Origin: an uncultured Thermoplasmatales archaeon
GTDB taxonomy: Archaea; Thermoplasmatota; E2; UBA202; DSCA01
Direction of reading: 5' to 3'
NCBI GenBank assembly: GCA_964514975.1
Contig: CAZESS010000014.1
Coordinates: 1-59,759 of the forward strand
DNA: 59,759 bases
Shown in pieces: positions 9,036-17,005 of the stretch. Made by a program: the position numbers and the translations under genes. The notes under the pieces were generated by a model. It was not told the DNA's origin. It did not search any database and worked only from the letters and a program-made list of their open reading frames with translations. The first letter of the stretch is position 1, and the number at the start of each line of letters is the position of its first letter.

Positions 9036-9952
9036 ACATCGTGGTATACGGGGCCGGGGCGCTCGGCTCCTTTGTGGGCGGCATGCTCTCGCAGCGGCAC
9101 GAGGTCACGCTGGTGGGGCGCCGCGAGCACATGACGGCCATCCGGCGCCATGGGCTCTGCATCTCCGGCGCGACGGAGCTGACCGTTCACCTCATGACCG
9201 CTGAAGCGCTGCCCGACCGAGACGTCGACCTCGTCGTCCTGACCGTCAAGGCCTATGACACCGCTGCGGCAGCCGAGAACATCGCCGCAACATGTGGCGC
9301 GCCGGTGCTCTCCCTGCAGAACGGGCTCGAGAACGAGTGGACATTGCAGGAAATGCTCGGCGAAGGGCGGGTCATCGGCGGGGTCACCTCCCACGGCGTC
9401 CGCTTCTTGGAACCCGGGCATGTCGAGCATACGGGCAATGGCGACACCGTCATCGGCGAGCTGGACGGCACCCTCAGCAGGCGGGTCGAAACCATCGCAG
9501 GCGCGTTAACCAGCTGTGATATCGCCACCACGCCAAGCGATGACATATGGCGGATGATATGGCGCAAGGCCGTCATCAACGCGGCCATCAACCCGCTGAC
9601 GGCGCTGCTCCGCTGCCGGAACGGTTTTCTGCTCGAAAACGAGGACACCCGACGGCTCATGCACGCCATCTGCAGGGAGGGCATCAGGGTCGCCGGCGCA
9701 TACGATGTCGATGTCAACGACATCGTGGAGCAAGCTGAACTGGTGGCACATCGCACCGCCCGCAACCATTCATCGATGCTGCAGTCCCTGGAGCATGAGC
9801 GGCCAACCGAGATAGACCACATCAACGGAGCCATCGCGGCACATGGAAAAAAACATGGCATTGCAGCGCCGGTCAACGAAACATTGACACGACTGGTCAG
9901 GGCGCTGGAAGAAAAGCCGCTGTTGCCCCCGGAGGGGCACCGGTCAGAGTAG
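9032..9952 (+). CDS. panE: 2-dehydropantoate 2-reductase (probable ATA start)
   Basis: IVVYGAGALG, VKAYD, LQNG, W.K..IN..INPLTAL, N.SSMLQ...R.TEID.ING. Confidence 0.92.
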   Translation: MDIVVYGAGALGSFVGGMLSQRHEVTLVGRREHMTAIRRHGLCISGATELTVHLMTAEALPDRDVDLVVLTVKAYDTAAAAENIAATCGAPVLSLQNGLENEWTLQEMLGEGRVIGGVTSHGVRFLEPGHVEHTGNGDTVIGELDGTLSRRVETIAGALTSCDIATTPSDDIWRMIWRKAVINAAINPLTALLRCRNGFLLENEDTRRLMHAICREGIRVAGAYDVDVNDIVEQAELVAHRTARNHSSMLQSLEHERPTEIDHINGAIAAHGKKHGIAAPVNETLTRLVRALEEKPLLPPEGHRSE

Positions 9953-9977
9953 AGCAGCAGAAGACCGATGGCGCGGC

Positions 9978-10108
9978 TGCTGTCCGGTATCCGGGTTGGC
10001 CTCACGTTCATCGATCGCGGAGGGACCCAGAGATACCGATTGTTATGTTGCTCTATGCTTGCACCCCCATTCATCGCGACGGCTCATGGAGGCCTTCGAA
10101 TAGAGCAC
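9978..10108 (-). ncRNA. Two-hairpin box H/ACA pseudouridylation guide RNA
   Basis: Hairpin 1: stem UGCUCUAU/AUAGAGCA, pocket UCGAAG/GCAAGC, upper stem GCCUCCAU/AUGGGGGU, GA..GAUGA K-loop, then ACA. Hairpin 2: stem UCGGUAUC/GAUACCGG, pocket, upper stem CCUC-CG/CG-U-GAGG, GA-UCGAU-GA K-loop, then ACA. TTTTAAAA TATA box just upstream. Confidence 0.85.
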
Positions 10109-10125
10109 ATGTCAAAGGAAAGCTC

Positions 10126-10133
10126 TTTTAAAA
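10126..10133 (-). promoter_or_regulatory. TATA box of the H/ACA RNA
   Basis: TTTTAAAA about 20 nt before hairpin 1, similar to the TTTAAA-to-ATG spacing at gene 37475. Confidence 0.55.
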
Positions 10134-10135
10134 CG

Positions 10136-10738
10136 TTATTGCTTTGTCGTGAGCAGCCCCGGCAGCTCTGCAATGGAGCCCACGGTCACGTCGGCCTCGA
10201 CCTGCACGCCAACCACGGTGCACCCGGCGGCTCTGCCCGCCCGGACGTCGCTGTCGGTATCGCCGACAAACACCGTCCAATCGGGGTCAACGCTGAGCCG
10301 CGTGCAGGCATGCAGCAGCATCTCCGGGTCTGGCTTGCCGTGCTCGACGTCATCCGGCGTCACAACCACGTCGAAAAAGGCGTCGATGTCGAAATGTGAC
10401 AGGATGCTGTCCACACACCGCTGCGGCGTGTTGGTCACCAGGGCCATCGGGTAGCCGTCGAGTTGCCCGAGCACCTCCCGGGTGGCGGGAAAAATCTCTA
10501 TGGCATCGGCGTAGTCGCCAAAAATGGTAAGGCAGAAGGCGCCAACCCTGTCGTCGATACCCAGACGGCGAAGGTTCTCGTACAGGTCATGTCCCCAGTA
10601 TGCATCGCGGAACTCCTGCTCGCTGATAGGCTCATGGCCGTAGCGGCGGAGCGCGGCGTTGAGCGCCCGCAGCCATGCATGAAAGGAGTCGACGAGCACG
10701 CCATCCATGTCGAACAGCAGCGCATGCGGTGAAAGCAT
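10136..10738 (-). CDS. HAD-family hydrolase (phosphoglycolate phosphatase-like)
   Basis: LFDMDGVLVDS, VTN, KPDP, VGD...DV.AG..AG. Confidence 0.88.
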   Translation of the reverse strand: MLSPHALLFDMDGVLVDSFHAWLRALNAALRRYGHEPISEQEFRDAYWGHDLYENLRRLGIDDRVGAFCLTIFGDYADAIEIFPATREVLGQLDGYPMALVTNTPQRCVDSILSHFDIDAFFDVVVTPDDVEHGKPDPEMLLHACTRLSVDPDWTVFVGDTDSDVRAGRAAGCTVVGVQVEADVTVGSIAELPGLLTTKQ

Positions 10739-10742
10739 CGCC

Positions 10743-11195
10743 CTATTCTCCATGCAGCCAGCAGTGGTCGGTCATCTCGTAGTCGACGATTTCATCGTCG
10801 TCGAACCAGAGCGCTATCTCATCCCTGGCCGTCTCCGGCGAATCGCTGGCGTGGACGATGTTCCGCCCGATGTCCTGCGCATAGTCGCCGCGGATGGTAC
10901 CCGGCTCTGCTTCCTGCGGATCGGTTGTGCCGACCATGTGCCGGACGCGCTCGATGACGCTGTCGCCTTCAAGGACCATCGCCAGGACGGGGCCTGATGT
11001 GATGTAGTCGATGAGGCCGTCATAGAATGGTTTTCCTTTGTGGACGGCATAGTGCCGCTGAGCGAGTTCGCAGGATACGGACATGAACTTCATGGCCGCG
11101 ATGGATATACCCGCCTGTTCGAAGCGCGCGATAATGCGGCCGGTGAGCCGGCGTTGCACCCCGTCGGGTTTCACCATGACGAAGGTGTGCTGCAT
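10743..11195 (-). CDS. ndk: Nucleoside diphosphate kinase
   Basis: TFVMVKPDGVQR, G.T.P..A.PGTIRGD, RN.VHASDS. Confidence 0.97.
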   Translation of the reverse strand: MQHTFVMVKPDGVQRRLTGRIIARFEQAGISIAAMKFMSVSCELAQRHYAVHKGKPFYDGLIDYITSGPVLAMVLEGDSVIERVRHMVGTTDPQEAEPGTIRGDYAQDIGRNIVHASDSPETARDEIALWFDDDEIVDYEMTDHCWLHGE

Positions 11196-11196
11196 G

Positions 11197-11376
11197 CTAC
11201 CGCCGCGAGTGCTTTGACCATTTAACGTAGCGGGGTACCCGGCCGAGGTCGAGATGGTTTTTGCGGCATTTGCTTGAGCAGAAATAAAAAATCTGGCCGT
11301 TCTTTTTGACGTACATCATGCCGGTGCCGGGCTCGATTTCGGTGCCGCAAAACGTGCATTCGTGTTTGGTTACCAT
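11197..11376 (-). CDS. rpl24e: 50S ribosomal protein eL24 (59 aa, missing from ORF track)
   Basis: Manual translation [40 protein letters not shown]...PRYVKWS; canonical position between rps28e and ndk. Confidence 0.96.
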   Translation of the reverse strand: MVTKHECTFCGTEIEPGTGMMYVKKNGQIFYFCSSKCRKNHLDLGRVPRYVKWSKHSRR

Positions 11377-11377
11377 C

Positions 11378-11584
11378 TTATTTCACGGATAATTTTTTCG
11401 CTTCTCGTTCTGCCTCGCGGAGCATCAAAATGTCGCCCTCACGGACAGGTCCCATGGCATTGCGGGTCAGCACCCGGTTTTGCTCGCTTCCCTCGAGTAT
11501 TTTGACGCGAACCTGGATGATCTCACCGCACATGCCGGACCGGCCGATGATTTCGACGACTTCTGCCGGGATGCCTTCGGTCAT
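11378..11584 (-). CDS. rps28e: 30S ribosomal protein eS28
   Basis: [35 protein letters not shown]. Confidence 0.96.
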   Translation of the reverse strand: MTEGIPAEVVEIIGRSGMCGEIIQVRVKILEGSEQNRVLTRNAMGPVREGDILMLREAEREAKKLSVK

Positions 11585-11955
11585 GCTGCTCCCTTCAGGC
11601 CCTCGATTTCCTTGACGATTTCGTTGAGCAGGTCCTCGCCGTCGCCGGGCTGCGTGATGGCAACCGATGCGGTTGCAACGTTTTTGAGACCGGCCGCACG
11701 GCCAAGATCGTTTTGCGACGGGACATATGCATAGGGGACCTCCTTGTCCTCGCAGAGCAGGGGCATGTGCGCCAGGATTTCCTCGGGGGTGACATCGGTG
11801 GCCATAACCACGAGCTTGGCCTGCTTGCGCTCCGTCTGCTTGGTCACCTCGTTGGTGCCCTTGCGCACCTTGCCGCTGTCACGCGCCTTTTCCACGACCT
11901 CGTAGACCTTGTCGGTGAGCTCTTCCGGCATCTCGAATCTTACATACATTGGCAT
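11581..11955 (-). CDS. rpl7ae: Ribosomal protein L7Ae (eL8), K-turn-binding sRNP protein
   Basis: GK.RKGTNE.TK..ER..AKLV..A.DV.P.EI..H.P.LC..K..PY. Confidence 0.97.
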   Translation of the reverse strand: MPMYVRFEMPEELTDKVYEVVEKARDSGKVRKGTNEVTKQTERKQAKLVVMATDVTPEEILAHMPLLCEDKEVPYAYVPSQNDLGRAAGLKNVATASVAITQPGDGEDLLNEIVKEIEGLKGAA

Positions 11956-12053
11956 ATTGGTGCCTCCTTCTGGTTTAGACCATCATTATTCATAGGCGTA
12001 GCACGGAATAGAGACGGGATATATAAGCGTGGCGGTGGCCGCCGGCGGCGGGG

Positions 12054-12947
12054 CTAAAACTCGTATATCTCCGGTCCTATGGGGCTGAAGATGATCGCCC
12101 GCTTCGGCTTCTCCGCCTCGCCGAGCCGGCGGTGGACCATCGACAGCTTTTCCTCCCGCTCCCTGCGGATGTGGTCCTGCTCGTTCCCGGAATATTTTTT
12201 GGAGTAATGCGTCCCCCGGTTGAGGAGCATGCTCCGCATGGCAATGGCGATGAGATAGACGATCTGGCGGTCGGACCAGTTTTTGCTCACCGAGCCATTC
12301 TGGGCGTACATGAACGTGTTGTTGTCGAGCTTGGTGGGCAGCCACATATCCCCGTTGACGTAGCCCTTGCAGTGCCGCAGGATGACGTTGGCATTGGGCA
12401 GCTCCTTGAATTGGTCCCAGCCCTCATCGGTCAGCCATTGCGTCGAATAGTTTATCATAAAATAGACGGACAGCGCGTCCTCGCGGTCCCGCGTCAGCCG
12501 CTCGAATTCGTCGAGGGCGCCCCGGATGTCGGGCTGCTGTGCCGCGTCGGCCGGCGCGATCGACTCTCTGAAGTCGCCGACGAACGTCCATTTTATGTCG
12601 CTGTGTTTCATGGCGAAATCGCGGTAGCGGTCGACGAGACGGGTGAAACCCTCATAGATCTCCTGATAGTTCACCCGGTCCTTGTGCCGCTCGTGGATGA
12701 CATTGAGATACAGATGCCTGGCGCCGAGCGACTTCAAAAAATGCATGAAGCGAAGACAGTAGAGGCCGCCGTTGTAATAGGCCTCGGCACCGGTTTCCTC
12801 CATGGATGTCCTGGTGCCGTCGGTCATCTCGTAGATGATAAGGTCTTCGATGTCCTCCTGCGTTGGCTGGATGTCCAGCTCCTGACATACCTCGGCGAAC
12901 ATGTCCCTGATGGCGGATGCGTCGGGAAAGCCGCTGCGTTCTGACAT
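12054..12947 (-). CDS. Divergent cis-prenyltransferase (UppS-fold) family protein
   Basis: Ordered UppS-like motifs: MTDGTR (cf. IMDGNRR), L..LG..HL.L, FVGD (cf. IGD), FMINYS (cf. A.NYG), P..NVILRH.KG (cf. PD..IRTSG), NW; start ATG 12947. Confidence 0.6.
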   Translation of the reverse strand: MSERSGFPDASAIRDMFAEVCQELDIQPTQEDIEDLIIYEMTDGTRTSMEETGAEAYYNGGLYCLRFMHFLKSLGARHLYLNVIHERHKDRVNYQEIYEGFTRLVDRYRDFAMKHSDIKWTFVGDFRESIAPADAAQQPDIRGALDEFERLTRDREDALSVYFMINYSTQWLTDEGWDQFKELPNANVILRHCKGYVNGDMWLPTKLDNNTFMYAQNGSVSKNWSDRQIVYLIAIAMRSMLLNRGTHYSKKYSGNEQDHIRREREEKLSMVHRRLGEAEKPKRAIIFSPIGPEIYEF

Positions 12948-13081
12948 TTTCAGACAAAAAAGACATGGGCTATATATGCGTTGCCGTTTCCGTCGGCGGG
13001 CAACACCGCCGGAAAAAAGCAACGATTTTTAAGTACCGGCAGCCCCAGTATGAGGGATACCGTTCCATGGGGGATACAAGG

Positions 13082-13198
13082 ATGCAGCACCATTTTAAAA
13101 GCATCGGCTTTCATCTGCTGCTCGCAGGTGGCGTGCTGGCCAGCATCGCCTATCTGGTCGTGCTCTTCATCGGCTGGCTGCTCGTCGTGCAGCCATAG
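13082..13198 (+). CDS. Small single-helix membrane peptide (38 aa; alternative start 13067)
   Basis: MQHHFKSIGFHLLLAGGVLASIAYLVVLFIGWLLVVQP; TTTTTAAG TATA-like element and purine-rich RBS upstream. Confidence 0.45.
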   Translation: MQHHFKSIGFHLLLAGGVLASIAYLVVLFIGWLLVVQP

Positions 13199-13245
13199 CG
13201 TGATGAAAGCGACAATATAAAATAGCCCGGCCTTATTTAGCAGCC

Positions 13246-14916
13246 ATGCCGGTCATCACCGTTGACATCGACGACTTGCATGGCCTGCTCGGCGCCAGCA
13301 TCGAAAAAAAAACGTTGCTCGAGCGGATACCCATGCTGGGCGCCGACATCGAACGCGTCGACGACGCTGAGCTGTCAATCGAGTTTTTCCCCGACCGTCC
13401 CGACCTGCTGAGCGTCGAGGGGGTCGCCCGGGCGCTCCGCTCGTTTCTCGGCATCCAGCCGGGCATGACCCGGTACGACATGGCTCCGCCACAGGTGAAG
13501 CTGACGGTCGACGGGAGCGTCAAACAGGTCAGGCCATATATCGGCGGCGCGGTCGTCCGCGACGTTGCGATGAGCGAGGAGCTCGTCGCCTCGCTGATGG
13601 AGATGCAGGAAAAGCTGCATCTGTCCGTTGGCAAGGAGCGCAGCAAGATGGCCATCGGCATCCACAACCTCGACGCGGTCACCCCGCCGTTTACCTACCG
13701 GGCGGTCGAGCCACATGAGGTGTCCTTCATCCCGCTGGGCACCACCCGTGAGATGGACCTCGCCGAGATTCTCCGCAGCCATGAAAAGGGAAAAAAATAT
13801 GCGCATCTGCTTCAGGGACATGAACGCTACCCGGCTATCTTTGACCGGCATGACAATGTGCTCTCGTTTCCGCCCATCATCAACGGCGAGCTGACCGTCG
13901 TCGACCTGTTCACCGAAAACCTGTTCATCGACGTCACCGGCACCAGCCGGCAGGCCGTCAACACGGCGCTTTTGATCATCTCGGCGTCGCTGGCGGAGCG
14001 CGGCGGCAGCCTGGAACAGGTCACCATCGTTGACGAGGACAGCATGGCGACGCCGGATTTCACGCCCGGGGAGCGAGCGGTATCGCTTGACCGTGTGTCG
14101 CGGCTGCTCGGCCGGGACATGGAGGACAGCGCGGTCATTGCGGCGGAAAAGATGGGGCTGGACGCCCGGCTGGACGACGACATGCTCCATGTCACGGTGC
14201 CGGCCTGGCGGACCGATGTTCTGCATGACGTCGACGTGGTCGAGGACATCGCCATTGGGTATGGCTACAACGCCTTCACCGCCGCATTGCCCCGCTCGAT
14301 GACCTATGGCGGCTGCATCTCCTATGCGGCGCTGCATGAGACCATGATAGGGCTTGGCTTCAACGAGGTTGCGACGCTGTCGCTGTCGGGGATGGAGGAG
14401 CAGTTTGAGCGGATGCGCCTGCCACCACGGGAGCACGTAGCCATAGACAATCCCCTATCCTCGAGGCATTCCCTAGTGCGCGTGTCATTGCTGCCCTCGC
14501 TGCTGGAGATTTTGATGAAAAATCGGCATCATGACCTGCCACAGCAGCTCTACGAGGTCGGCCAGGTGGTGGGGATGGACGAGACGCCGCATAACAGGGT
14601 GATGCTCGCCGGCGTTAAAATCGCGGCCAGAGCCGGCTTTACCGAGTGCAAGTCAATCGTGCAGGCCATCCTGCGCAACCTGGGCATCGACGCCTCCGTC
14701 GTGCCTGCGGAACAGCCGTCGTTCACCGGGGGGCGATGTGCCGCCGTGACCTGCAACGATATCCAGCTCGGCGTGTTCGGCGAGATACACCCTGGCGTGA
14801 TAACCGCCTTCGACCTCGAATACCCGGTCATTGGGTTCGAGCTATCAACGGAGGCGTTAACGGCGGCGTCGCAGCAGGAGCATGACGGCGGCGAGCGCTC
14901 CCAGAGCAGCGAGTAG
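13246..14916 (+). CDS. pheT: Phenylalanine--tRNA ligase beta subunit (archaeal type)
   Basis: E.FPDRPDLLS.EG.ARAL, QEKLH...G..R.K.AIG.H, SFPPIING, P.WR.D.LH..D..ED.AIGYGY, GEIHP.V...F. Confidence 0.95.
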   Translation: MPVITVDIDDLHGLLGASIEKKTLLERIPMLGADIERVDDAELSIEFFPDRPDLLSVEGVARALRSFLGIQPGMTRYDMAPPQVKLTVDGSVKQVRPYIGGAVVRDVAMSEELVASLMEMQEKLHLSVGKERSKMAIGIHNLDAVTPPFTYRAVEPHEVSFIPLGTTREMDLAEILRSHEKGKKYAHLLQGHERYPAIFDRHDNVLSFPPIINGELTVVDLFTENLFIDVTGTSRQAVNTALLIISASLAERGGSLEQVTIVDEDSMATPDFTPGERAVSLDRVSRLLGRDMEDSAVIAAEKMGLDARLDDDMLHVTVPAWRTDVLHDVDVVEDIAIGYGYNAFTAALPRSMTYGGCISYAALHETMIGLGFNEVATLSLSGMEEQFERMRLPPREHVAIDNPLSSRHSLVRVSLLPSLLEILMKNRHHDLPQQLYEVGQVVGMDETPHNRVMLAGVKIAARAGFTECKSIVQAILRNLGIDASVVPAEQPSFTGGRCAAVTCNDIQLGVFGEIHPGVITAFDLEYPVIGFELSTEALTAASQQEHDGGERSQSSE

Positions 14917-15972
14917 CCCGAAGCCGGGGACACGCTCAAGCGGCCGTGGCCCGGGAAGGTTTTGCGGCGTCGGGACGTCCGTGTCGTCGCCGATGTCGTC
15001 GTCCGCCGTGGTGGTGATGTTGTAGCTGCCGCCCTTGATGATGTTTGTTGAGGGTGTCGCGACGCCCTCGAAGTAATGGATGACCTCGGCGTAGACGGTG
15101 ACCGTGTTGGTGGCGCTTTCGTTCCAGCCGCGGTAGCGGGGCGACATGGTGAACAGCGTGTAGGACCGGCCGGCGACTGTTTTTTCGCCTGACGCCGATG
15201 CGTTGACGACGGCGCCGTCAACCTCGTAGTAGAGCCTGAAGTTGTGCCGGCTGACGTTTTTGGGCACCTGGATCTCTATCTCCTCGTCGGCGTCCACCGG
15301 CTCATCCGGCACGTCGACCTGTATCACGTCGTCGACGACCTCGAACGAGCCATGACGGCGCTGCTGCCGCCTGTTTTCGTCGGTGGCCACCACGGTGTAG
15401 TGGACGGTGCCGGGCTCGGTACAGTGGTAAAGGTAGCTGTAGGTGCCGTTGGCCTGCTGCATTGGCCGAAGGCTGCCGTTGCCGTCGATGCTGAAGTTGA
15501 CCGCAACGTCTTTGACGCCGACGTTGTCGGTGACCCGGGCGGCGATCCGGACTGTACCGCCTGGATGCTGCACGCCGGGGAGCGACACGGTGTGTATCTC
15601 CGGGCCCGAGGCGTCATAGAATGGCGGGTTGACGGACAGGATGAAAATGGCGAGCCAGGTGAAAAAATAGAAGGCGATGGAGCCAAACCATTCCTTTTTC
15701 CCGAACTCCGAGATGTCGATGTCGAACAGCTGGAGCAGCTTGACCAAAAAGCCGATGGCGCAGATAGCAAGCACGAAGGTCAGCGCCCAGCGCAGCCCCG
15801 CATCGATGGAACGCCATGCAAGATGGCAGATAACGGCCATGAGGATGCCGAAGCCAAACGAGAGAAAATAGGTCTTCGCCTTTCGTTTCTCACTCGCGAT
15901 GAACTCCTCCTCGTCGAACTCGGGCATCTCGAACTCGTATTCGTCGTCGTCCTGCCGCTTCTTTGCGCTCAT
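14857..15972 (-). CDS. Membrane protein: N-terminal 3-TM (EMC6-like) domain, extracellular Ig-like domains and PGF-CTERM
   Basis: Acidic N-terminus, three hydrophobic helices ending D..EFGKKEW....F.FFTWL...IL, VTDNVGV Ig-like module, Thr/Asp-rich linker, VPGF + TM + RRRR; overlaps the pheT 3' end by 60 nt. Confidence 0.75.
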   Translation of the reverse strand: MSAKKRQDDDEYEFEMPEFDEEEFIASEKRKAKTYFLSFGFGILMAVICHLAWRSIDAGLRWALTFVLAICAIGFLVKLLQLFDIDISEFGKKEWFGSIAFYFFTWLAIFILSVNPPFYDASGPEIHTVSLPGVQHPGGTVRIAARVTDNVGVKDVAVNFSIDGNGSLRPMQQANGTYSYLYHCTEPGTVHYTVVATDENRRQQRRHGSFEVVDDVIQVDVPDEPVDADEEIEIQVPKNVSRHNFRLYYEVDGAVVNASASGEKTVAGRSYTLFTMSPRYRGWNESATNTVTVYAEVIHYFEGVATPSTNIIKGGSYNITTTADDDIGDDTDVPTPQNLPGPRPLERVPGFGLLAALGALAAVMLLLRRRR

Positions 15973-15996
15973 TGCCAATATGGATGACGGGATATA

Positions 15997-16932
15997 TTAA
16001 AGAGTTTTCCCCCTGTCCGTGAAGTGCTCGTAGCCGCGATGTTCAAGCGGCACCGTTGCGCCGTCCCGCCGGAGCAGCATGCTGTTCGAGGTGACCTCGC
16101 CGATGCGGGACACGGGGCAGCCGGTCCCACGCAGCGCCTCGCTCACCCGGCCATATGTCCCAGATGGCACGGTGAACAGGAGCTCGTAGTCGCCGCCGTG
16201 GTAGAGTCCGTGCTCGAGCGTCGCACGGGAGGCAAGCGGCACCTCATCTGCATCGATGGTGAAGCCGCACCGGCTGGCCCGGGCGAGCTGATACAGCGAT
16301 GCGGCCAGCCCGTCGGAGATGTCCATCGATGCATGGACGGCGCCGCTGTCGGCCAGCGCCCGCCCGGCAAAAATACGGGGCTCCACATGTAAAAGATCGT
16401 GCAACGCTGCCTCATCGGGGCCATCGGCGAGGTATTGTAGCGCGGCGCCGGCACGCCCCAGTCTGCCGGTCACGCAGACCAGGTCGCCCGGCTCGGCGGC
16501 GTCGCGGGGCATATAGCTATCCCTGCTCATACGGCCGAGGGCCATCCCGCAGAGGGTCACCGACGGCATTTCCTTGGTGTCGCCTCCGATGACCGCGGTG
16601 CCATATCTGTCGGTGCAGGCATGTGCTCCATCCGCGAAACCGTCGAGGAAGGCAGTGTCGAGCGATGCGGGCAGCCCGAGGGAGAGCAGCACGCCGAGCG
16701 GGCGCGCCCCCTTTCCGGCGAGGTCGCTCAGGTTGACAGCGACGACGAACCAGCCCATCTGCCACGGCGATGTCCCGGGCGGAAAATGCGATTGCTCGTT
16801 CACGATGTCGGAGGTGGCCAGGATGACATCGTCGCCGTCGTCGATGGCTGCGCAGTCGTCCAGGATAACGGTGCCGTACAGCTCGGCCATGCGGTCGATG
16901 GCCGCCCGCTCGCCGATGTCGCTGAGCTTCAT
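15997..16932 (-). CDS. thiL: Thiamine-monophosphate kinase
   Basis: IGER..I, DDCAA, HF, G......NLSDLA..GA.P, IGGDT, MDISDGL, GGDYELLFT, GY.HF. Confidence 0.95.
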   Translation of the reverse strand: MKLSDIGERAAIDRMAELYGTVILDDCAAIDDGDDVILATSDIVNEQSHFPPGTSPWQMGWFVVAVNLSDLAGKGARPLGVLLSLGLPASLDTAFLDGFADGAHACTDRYGTAVIGGDTKEMPSVTLCGMALGRMSRDSYMPRDAAEPGDLVCVTGRLGRAGAALQYLADGPDEAALHDLLHVEPRIFAGRALADSGAVHASMDISDGLAASLYQLARASRCGFTIDADEVPLASRATLEHGLYHGGDYELLFTVPSGTYGRVSEALRGTGCPVSRIGEVTSNSMLLRRDGATVPLEHRGYEHFTDRGKTL

Positions 16933-17005
16933 ACCATGACATCGGCATGGCCCGATATAAATGCTGGCGCTCCAAAACCTTTATTATGGACGATGGCTTG
17001 CCTGC

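Noticed and set aside
9253-10399. ORFs 9253..10074 (-) and 9968..10399 (+)
   Set aside because: They overlap panE or the HAD gene in antisense; the intergenic part is better explained by the H/ACA RNA
14857-14916. 60-nt convergent overlap of pheT and the PGF-CTERM gene
   Set aside because: The PheT tail there is a non-conserved run-on, and short 3' overlaps are common in compact archaeal genomes
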